Below, one piece after another: positions 47,978-55,340 of a stretch of 64,000 nucleotides of DNA (its first letter is position 1; each line of letters begins with the position of its first letter). A program made the translations under genes and the position numbers. The notes beneath the pieces are model-generated. The model ran no database searches. It worked only from the letters and a program-made list of their open reading frames with translations, and was not told where the DNA came from. This stretch comes from an uncultured virus (IMG/VR IMGVR_UViG_3300008117_000004) (lineage: Duplodnaviria; Heunggongvirae; Uroviricota; Caudoviricetes): IMG/VR virus record IMGVR_UViG_3300008117_000004, positions 62,001 to 126,000 of that record. One strand, 5' to 3'.

Positions 47978-48694
47978 ATGACAACTTTTGATAAAATAAA
48001 AATAATTTCAAACTTTAAAGAGGAGAAAAATACACTACCTCAAATACAAGTCAATTATATTGATTTTGTGTATGAAACTGAAGAAGAAAGATTGAAGAAA
48101 AAAATGGAAAGAAGAAACATCGCAATTGATGTTGTTCTTGATGAGGCTAATGAAGAAGATTTAGTGGATATAGTTCCTGATCAGACATTAAGAGATGAGT
48201 TATCTTTTGGTGGTGTTATAGCCCCACAAGTTTATAGTATGAGTATTCAATCAAAAAGATATATATCAGAAGATAGTCTTTATGATGAAATTATCGACTT
48301 TATTGACAAATCAAACTTGAATTTGAATTCACCTGTTAATTTAGATTTAACTTTATCAAACTCACCAGATGGATCTGATAATAGAAAGTTTATTTCTAAA
48401 GTAATGATGGCTTCCAACTTAATTGCTGTTGAAGGTAGAATAGGTCCTGCTAAAACTGTTATATTAGGAAAGAATGTTTTTTATAAAATGGTGGATTGTT
48501 TAGATATGTTATCTAATACAGGTCTTCAACACTTTGTTGATTATTCAATTGATCCTGATAAAGTGATTGTTTTTAGAACAAACAATACAGATCAAAGTGG
48601 AATTATTTGTATTCTTGATGAGGGAAATGGTAGATATTTCTTAAAAGAAACACCAAATTGGGAGAGACAATATTGTAGTTTTAAAGTTATATAA
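47978..48694 (+). CDS. Protein whose C-terminal half resembles the A-domain segment of a gp23-type major capsid protein
   Basis: RKFISKVMMASNLIAVEGRIGPAKTVILG...HFVDYSIDPDKVIVFRTNNTDQSGI versus gp23 ..IARQTGRGEGNFIIAS...VYIDQYAKQDYFTVGYKG..DAGI (recalled). Confidence 0.55.
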   Translation: MTTFDKIKIISNFKEEKNTLPQIQVNYIDFVYETEEERLKKKMERRNIAIDVVLDEANEEDLVDIVPDQTLRDELSFGGVIAPQVYSMSIQSKRYISEDSLYDEIIDFIDKSNLNLNSPVNLDLTLSNSPDGSDNRKFISKVMMASNLIAVEGRIGPAKTVILGKNVFYKMVDCLDMLSNTGLQHFVDYSIDPDKVIVFRTNNTDQSGIICILDEGNGRYFLKETPNWERQYCSFKVI

Positions 48695-48698
48695 AATA

Positions 48699-48727
48699 AA
48701 AAAGACATCTATAAGATGTCTTTTTTT
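48699..48727. terminator. Bidirectional intrinsic terminator
   Basis: AAAAAGACATCT-ATA-AGATGTCTTTTT. Confidence 0.7.
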
Positions 48728-49259
48728 ATGCTGGTACTCTTAATTTATCATATTTAAGTAGTAATTTATACATTCTATCCCATTCGTCTTTTGGGTTTTG
48801 TATCTTTTTTTCATACCACTTATTGTTGTTCATGTATTCAACAATCATTCCAACTTTTAAATCATCCATAGTTTTTGGAACCCAATATCTTTTTGCTTCT
48901 ACGAACGAAAATGATACACCATTGTGTAAATATGATTTATTTTCCGAATCGGTATTATACATAAGTAAACCCAGTGGTTGTTCAGAACCATCAAAGAAAA
49001 CTTTTTTAGCATTTGAATCTCCTTGGTATTTTACAATTGCGCAATCTTGATTAAAATGATCTAATAAGAAAATAGCATCTCTTCTTAAAGAATCATTATC
49101 TGGTCCCCAAGCAATAACAGAATCTTCAAAGTTACCTTTATAATAACCTTGTATAGGTAAGATTTGATATTCTTTTGAATAAAGAACAGAAATCATTTCG
49201 TTTAATCTATCAGCTGATAGAATTATATATGAAGATTGTACACTTTCTAATCCGTTCAT
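48726..49259 (-). CDS. SAM lyase (T3 SAMase)-like protein with short C-terminal extension
   Basis: YIILSADR / GYYKG..EDSV / FNQDCAIV versus T3 YVLVSAFR / GCYRE..EKTV / WEQDCVLV (recalled). Confidence 0.55.
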   Translation of the reverse strand: MNGLESVQSSYIILSADRLNEMISVLYSKEYQILPIQGYYKGNFEDSVIAWGPDNDSLRRDAIFLLDHFNQDCAIVKYQGDSNAKKVFFDGSEQPLGLLMYNTDSENKSYLHNGVSFSFVEAKRYWVPKTMDDLKVGMIVEYMNNNKWYEKKIQNPKDEWDRMYKLLLKYDKLRVPA

Positions 49260-49294
49260 ATTTTATATATTAATATCTTATAGTTATATATTAA

Positions 49295-50548
49295 TTATAA
49301 AATATTAAATTCTTCAAATAATTTGGTTTTGAAAATTGTTTCGATAGGTTCTTTATATTTTTTAGGAATAATTATACTATCATGTACAGTAACTAATTTT
49401 ACTTCAGGGTAAAAAATCATTATATCTCTTATGATTTTATTAAAAATTAAATTAGATTCTGCTCTTTGTAATTCATATGATAGAATTTTATAATCACCTT
49501 TTTCTTTTTTATAAAGTTTTATAAAATAATGTATTGATGGAAATAATTCAGAAAATACTTTATCTGCTTTACTATTGGAAGCATTCTTACCAAAAAGAAC
49601 TCGGTAAGTCATTTCTTTAACCATTCCTTTATCAGTAGTTTTTAAATGATCCATTACATATTGATAATATTTACCATTTATGGTTAAATATTTGAATAAT
49701 TCAAACTCATCACTTCTAACCCATTTTGAGTTACTATCGGAAATTATTTTTGTTAAAAAAAGAGGTTGGCTGTTGTTGATATCAATTTCACAAGTTTCTT
49801 CACCATCTATCAGTAAACAGTTTTTTCTAATGAATGATTTTAAAATTGTGAAATTTGTGTGCATTCTACCATAATTATCAAAATGATAGAATATGTGTTT
49901 ATCATTTATACACTCTACTGAATATTTATTTCTATTATAAATATCACTATCATTATCTTTTAAATTATCTAAATAAAATATTGATCTATCAAATTGAATA
50001 TCAATATAAAAAAGATCATCTACTAACTTCGTTTTGATATCATCATCTATAAGTTTGTTTTTAATACCATCTTCTTCAATTTGACAAACATTATTTCGAT
50101 ACTTTTTAAGTAAAATATTATCCGAATTTCTATATCGATTTATTTTACCTTTTAGAACTTTATCATTTATTTTATAAACTCTAGCATTTCTACCAGCTTG
50201 GTAATTGGAGATCATTTCTAGTATATTATTATCTACTAAATATCCAATATAATAATTATAAAGATATCCATACTTATCTTTTAGGATAGTTGACATTAAG
50301 TTAAATTTATTCTCTTTTTTAAAATAATATTTTAAAATAAGATTGTGTATTATATCAACTATATAAGATGATTTTAATTTTACACCTTTGTACTCAAAAT
50401 TTTTATTTTCAGATAATTCTTCTAAGATAGTTGGTAAGAATTGTAAACTTGATTTTTTAGTTTCAAGTTTTTTTCTGATAGTTGAGTGAAATTTTTTATC
50501 CTCAATTTCTAAGACTTCTAAATTCATAGATATTATATCATGTATCAT
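49295..50548 (-). CDS. Minimal PolA/T7-RNAP-superfamily polymerase-like protein
   Basis: DNYGRMH, IDINNSQP (motif A), KEMTYRVLFG (motif B), LQRAES, VHDS (motif C); no exonuclease domain. Confidence 0.65.
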   Translation of the reverse strand: MIHDIISMNLEVLEIEDKKFHSTIRKKLETKKSSLQFLPTILEELSENKNFEYKGVKLKSSYIVDIIHNLILKYYFKKENKFNLMSTILKDKYGYLYNYYIGYLVDNNILEMISNYQAGRNARVYKINDKVLKGKINRYRNSDNILLKKYRNNVCQIEEDGIKNKLIDDDIKTKLVDDLFYIDIQFDRSIFYLDNLKDNDSDIYNRNKYSVECINDKHIFYHFDNYGRMHTNFTILKSFIRKNCLLIDGEETCEIDINNSQPLFLTKIISDSNSKWVRSDEFELFKYLTINGKYYQYVMDHLKTTDKGMVKEMTYRVLFGKNASNSKADKVFSELFPSIHYFIKLYKKEKGDYKILSYELQRAESNLIFNKIIRDIMIFYPEVKLVTVHDSIIIPKKYKEPIETIFKTKLFEEFNIL

Positions 50549-50558
50549 GATTTTAGTT

Positions 50559-50732
50559 CTACTTTTTAAAAATTTTCTTTATCTTATTTCTTCTAATTTC
50601 GGATCTTAAAATACCTTCTAAAAAATTATCATCAATACCATAATGATGACTTAAATCTGTCACCATTTCAACACTCCATTCAGCTTTTAATGCTTTAGTG
50701 CTCACCTCAACAGATTTCATTTTTATACTCAT
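50559..50732 (-). CDS. 57-aa mini-protein resembling the KSRxLKAxxSxExxQDL segment of gp23 major capsid protein (not in ORF track)
   Basis: MSIKMKSVEVSTKALKAEWSVEMVTDLSHHYGIDDNFLEGILRSEIRRNKIKKIFKK; TAATG-coupled to upstream gene. Confidence 0.7.
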   Translation of the reverse strand: MSIKMKSVEVSTKALKAEWSVEMVTDLSHHYGIDDNFLEGILRSEIRRNKIKKIFKK

Positions 50733-52054
50733 TACTTAACTCCTTTCTCATCAACTATTGATGTTATTTTACCACCTTTACCTTTTTTCTTTTTATCTTC
50801 TGATCCTTTTTGTATTTCATCAAATACATCTGGATAAACTTCTCCTTCAGCATCTGTTTCATATTGAATATCAAAAAACTCATCAAAGTCTAAAAGACCA
50901 GATCTTGTTAACTCAACTTCATGTATCTTATTCAAGTATCTATCAATATACTTATCAATATCATCAACAAATAAGTTGAATAACTTAACCGTATTTTCAG
51001 TAAAAACTCCAATTGGTTTTTTTCTTTTCTTATTAAATGAACCAAGAATTATTTTAAAGATATATTCAAGTTTAGAATCTAATTCTAAATATTCTTTAGT
51101 CATCTTGTTTGGAATTAATTCTTTATTTATTTTAAATTTTTCTTTATCAAAAAATTCCGGTATTATAAACTCAAAATTTACTAAGTCATCTTTAACTTCA
51201 TCTAAATAAAAATTGTACAACTTACAAATTAGATAAATATAAATCTCATCTTTTTTAGTACCTTTTAGTTTAATATCTTCTAAATTTAAAGATTGACAAA
51301 AATTCAAAAAGTTAATTAAGATTAATGAGTATATTTCCACATAGTCAGTTGACTTATCACTACTTACTCTTTTATATAGTGGATTTAGTAATTGAAATGA
51401 TATATCTTTACTATCTATTCTAACAATTAGCTTTTCTAAATTTTCTTGAAATTCATCAAGCATTAAAAAAGAATTTTCCGAGAGTGGATTTAATATTTTA
51501 TAAAAGAAAAAGGCAAAAGACTTATCACCAAAAACATATTCTAAATCTTCTTCACTTGTGTTTAAAAAATACTTTATAGCCTCAATCATTCTCTCTGTTA
51601 ATTTACCCTGAAATATAACCGGTATCATATCAACATTCATCAATCTAGAATATTCATCAATCTCTTCGATATTAAACTCATATTTACCACTTTTATAAAT
51701 AGATGTTAATACTAATCCATTTTTTGGAAGTTTATCATATTCTATATTTGCTGGTTGATTATCAGGAAAGTACTCAAAACAAAACCACCATTTTTTATTT
51801 AAAAGTGATTTAACTCTATTATCTAGTGAATCTAAGTATTTTATAGCTGGGTTATAATAATTTTGCATAGCTAAATCAATTAGATTAATAGAATCACTAT
51901 TAATTGATTTTGCTTTTATAGTAAAATCTTTACCATTCCAATTAACCCATATTTTACTTCCTTGAATATCTTCGAATACGGTTATATCATTACTAAACAT
52001 AGAGTTAAGTAATTCTGTATTTTCTAAATCATTAAGTGTTTTTAAATTACTCAT
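50732..52054 (-). CDS. RNA-ligase (Rnl2)-fold-like protein with degenerate active site
   Basis: FEDIQGS in place of EKxxG, CFEYF, IPVIFQG, LEKLIVR. Confidence 0.45.
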   Translation of the reverse strand: MSNLKTLNDLENTELLNSMFSNDITVFEDIQGSKIWVNWNGKDFTIKAKSINSDSINLIDLAMQNYYNPAIKYLDSLDNRVKSLLNKKWWFCFEYFPDNQPANIEYDKLPKNGLVLTSIYKSGKYEFNIEEIDEYSRLMNVDMIPVIFQGKLTERMIEAIKYFLNTSEEDLEYVFGDKSFAFFFYKILNPLSENSFLMLDEFQENLEKLIVRIDSKDISFQLLNPLYKRVSSDKSTDYVEIYSLILINFLNFCQSLNLEDIKLKGTKKDEIYIYLICKLYNFYLDEVKDDLVNFEFIIPEFFDKEKFKINKELIPNKMTKEYLELDSKLEYIFKIILGSFNKKRKKPIGVFTENTVKLFNLFVDDIDKYIDRYLNKIHEVELTRSGLLDFDEFFDIQYETDAEGEVYPDVFDEIQKGSEDKKKKGKGGKITSIVDEKGVK

Positions 52055-52128
52055 ATTTTTTTATACTTTTTGTTTTGATTTTTGTTTTTATCCAAACTTA
52101 CTTATATATAAAAAATATAAAATGTAGT

Positions 52129-53772
52129 ATGAAGAAATTATTATTAATTACTCCGCATTTATCCACTGGTGGTTTACCACAATTTTTACTTAAAAAAATA
52201 GAGATTTTAGTTAAAAAATTTGATGTTTACTTAGTAGAGTGGGATGATATAACTGGTGGTAGATTGGTTATTCAAAAAAATAGAATTAAAGATATATTGG
52301 GTGATAAATTAATTACTCTTTATGATAAAAAAAATATATTTAATCTAATTGATGTAATTAATCCAGATATAATACATTTTGAAGAATTTCCTGAAACATT
52401 TATCGATGATTCTATACTAAAGTCAATTTATATTGATATGAGAAGTGGTTATAATTATGTTATAACTGAAACAACACATGGTACTTTATTTAATAAAGAT
52501 GATAAGAAATATCTTCCAGATAGAACTATGTTTGTTTCTGATATAAATATGATTCAATATAATTCTATTTCAACTAAACCAGAAGTAATACCAATGGATG
52601 TTGATAACAGTGAGTTTAGAAATAAAAAACTTATTGATCTTGGATTAGATCCAAGTTATAAACATGTTATGAACGTTGGTTTATTTAATAGTAATAAAAA
52701 TCAATCAGAAATCTTTGAATATGCTAAAATGATGTTAGATCAAAAAGTTCATTTTCATTTCTTTGGTAATATGGCTGGGAATTTTGAGGAATATTGGAGA
52801 CCATTAGTTAATAATAGACCTGAGAATTGCACATTATGGGATGAACGAAGTGATTTACACAAGTTTTATTCTTGTATGGATCTTTTCTTATTTACATCTA
52901 AATTAGAAAATAGACCATTATCTGTTATCGAAGCATTATCCAATAATATGAGTGTTTTAATGTATAACTTATCTAATTACAAAGGTGAGTTTTCTAAATA
53001 TGAAAATGTTGAATTTTTGACAAATGACTTTGATTATAACGTAAAGTTAATTAAAGATTCATTAAAATTAGAAGAGTTTATTATAGATAATAAAGAGAAA
53101 GTAGAAGATAATTATAAAGAATATAAAATATCTGCTTATCATATGTTAACAGATATTGATACCGATAGAGAAGTAAAATCAATGATATCTTTAACTAAAT
53201 TAAAAGATTATGGTATTGATTATTTTCCTTGTGTGAATAAAAGATGGACTGAATTGCCTCCATCTGATAGTTGTCAATATCCGGAAAAAATAAGTATGGA
53301 ACCAGGTGGTAAATTAACACCAGGTCATTATGGTTGTTATTTGGCACATAAAGACGCTTTTTATAGAGGTATGAACTCAGATTCGGATTTCATTTTCATA
53401 TTTGAATGTGATGCTGTTATTGATATTGATATGAATGAGTTTATGAGTAAGGTTAAATTTGCTTGTGATGTTCTAAATAAAACGGATTTATTGATGTTTT
53501 CTTTTGGTTATCATAATAACTCACATATAATTGACAAATATAATGATTATTGGACAGTTAATAAATTTTATGGAGCTCATGCTTATTTAATACCAAGAAG
53601 AAGTTTTGGTATAATTGATAAAATGTATCAAACTGCTAAGTGGAATGTATCTGATTTATTATTTGTTGAGAATTTAGATCAATATAAAACAGGAATTTTT
53701 GAAGTACCACCAACAAAACAATCGGCTGGTTACTCAATATTAGATAAAATATACAATGAAGACAGACACTAA
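52129..53772 (+). CDS. Bifunctional glycosyltransferase (GT4-like N-terminal plus GT25-like C-terminal); probable start 52129
   Basis: PHLSTGG, VGLFNSNKNQ, ENRPLSVIEALS; GHYGCYLAH, IFECDA, GAHAYLI. Confidence 0.85.
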   Translation: MKKLLLITPHLSTGGLPQFLLKKIEILVKKFDVYLVEWDDITGGRLVIQKNRIKDILGDKLITLYDKKNIFNLIDVINPDIIHFEEFPETFIDDSILKSIYIDMRSGYNYVITETTHGTLFNKDDKKYLPDRTMFVSDINMIQYNSISTKPEVIPMDVDNSEFRNKKLIDLGLDPSYKHVMNVGLFNSNKNQSEIFEYAKMMLDQKVHFHFFGNMAGNFEEYWRPLVNNRPENCTLWDERSDLHKFYSCMDLFLFTSKLENRPLSVIEALSNNMSVLMYNLSNYKGEFSKYENVEFLTNDFDYNVKLIKDSLKLEEFIIDNKEKVEDNYKEYKISAYHMLTDIDTDREVKSMISLTKLKDYGIDYFPCVNKRWTELPPSDSCQYPEKISMEPGGKLTPGHYGCYLAHKDAFYRGMNSDSDFIFIFECDAVIDIDMNEFMSKVKFACDVLNKTDLLMFSFGYHNNSHIIDKYNDYWTVNKFYGAHAYLIPRRSFGIIDKMYQTAKWNVSDLLFVENLDQYKTGIFEVPPTKQSAGYSILDKIYNEDRH

Positions 53773-55333
53773 AATAGGATTTATCATTACATACTTTCAT
53801 ACATCAGATGAAGGTTTGAATTTACTTATAGAGAATTTAAAAACTATTAGTAGAGAAAATTATTACTTAGTTTTAGCAAGTCACTCACCTTTAGATAAAA
53901 ACATTCAGGAAATGTGTGACTTTTATTTTTATCAACAAAAAAATATTGTTGATGATAGAAAATATTCACACGGTGTTGCAGAAAGTAATTTAATTGAAAT
54001 TTGTTTAAAACATTTAAAAGATCAATCAATTAATTATACTTATAAGATAACTTATGATGTTGAAATAGTTGATGTTAATGAGTTTAAAAAATGGAATATA
54101 GATGGATATCAATTTGTTTCTTGTAATTGGGGAACTAATATCATTTGTACAAATTCATTCTTTACTAATATAGATTTTTTACTTACAAATATAACATTTT
54201 TCCGAAGCATTGAAGAAATGTTTTTAGTAAACACAGTTTTAGAAAACTGTTGGGAGGCTAATTTTAGAAATAATAATGTTTTAGATAAAATATATTCGTT
54301 TAGTGATAAATATGAATTTTATGGTCAAAATAAGATAGATCTTTGTTTTTATAACTACAATAAAATAGATTTTTGGTATTCTCCTGAAGAAACAAAATTC
54401 TTTATTATGAATAATAGTGAAGATATGAACAATGTTCACTTTAGAATATTTGACTATTATACCGATATCTGTATTTATTTGAATAGAGATTTTGATTTAA
54501 AACAGAATTTAATTTTTTGGTTTATACCACCATTTAGTTTAAATATTAATAAGTCAGTAAATGGGTTTTACTTAGAAATATACTTAGAAAATCAAGTTAT
54601 TAGAAAAAATATTTTAATAAAAGATTTTGACTTAAAGCATCCACTTTCTAATAAGTTTAAATTAATTAAAGATACTGAAGTTAAGTTCAATGAGTTTTCC
54701 GACTTTAATGATATGAGTATCTATGATTTATTTAGTTTTAACATTGATGAAATTAATAATTATGTTGACATTGGTGCAAATTATGGTATGTCGAGTATAT
54801 CTTTTATTGAGAGAGATATAAAAACATATATGATAGAAGCAGACCAATCAAATGTAGATATTCTAAATAGAATGTGGAGTAAGAATTCTAAAATAAGAAT
54901 TATAGATAAGGCAATTTCATCAGTTGATGGTGAAATTGTATTTTATACAAGTCCAGGTATAGGTTCGGTTGTTTCTTCTTTATATCATACTGATGCTAAT
55001 GGAAATGATATGGAGAGAAAAGAAGTTAGAGTTCAATCTATAACACCGAATAAACTAATTGAAGAATTTATTGATGAGAGTGAGATAGATTTGATGAAGG
55101 TTGATATTGAAGGTGCTGAGTATGATTTCTTTGAAACTATAACAAATGAAAACCTTAAAAAGATAAAAAGAATTATAATAGAATATCACAATAATGATAA
55201 TTATAGAGCTATGAGTATTTTAGAGAAACTAACATATTGTGGATTTAAATTTAAATTATCAAAATGGAGTCATAATTGTGGTAATTATATAATAGAAAAT
55301 AAAATGGGTGTTATTTACGCCGAAAAAATATAA
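53756..55333 (+). CDS. FkbM-family methyltransferase with N-terminal GT-like domain
   Basis: VDIGANYG, IEA, MKVDIEGAEY, IIEYH. Confidence 0.85.
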   Translation: MKTDTKIGFIITYFHTSDEGLNLLIENLKTISRENYYLVLASHSPLDKNIQEMCDFYFYQQKNIVDDRKYSHGVAESNLIEICLKHLKDQSINYTYKITYDVEIVDVNEFKKWNIDGYQFVSCNWGTNIICTNSFFTNIDFLLTNITFFRSIEEMFLVNTVLENCWEANFRNNNVLDKIYSFSDKYEFYGQNKIDLCFYNYNKIDFWYSPEETKFFIMNNSEDMNNVHFRIFDYYTDICIYLNRDFDLKQNLIFWFIPPFSLNINKSVNGFYLEIYLENQVIRKNILIKDFDLKHPLSNKFKLIKDTEVKFNEFSDFNDMSIYDLFSFNIDEINNYVDIGANYGMSSISFIERDIKTYMIEADQSNVDILNRMWSKNSKIRIIDKAISSVDGEIVFYTSPGIGSVVSSLYHTDANGNDMERKEVRVQSITPNKLIEEFIDESEIDLMKVDIEGAEYDFFETITNENLKKIKRIIIEYHNNDNYRAMSILEKLTYCGFKFKLSKWSHNCGNYIIENKMGVIYAEKI

Positions 55334-55340
55334 TATATTT

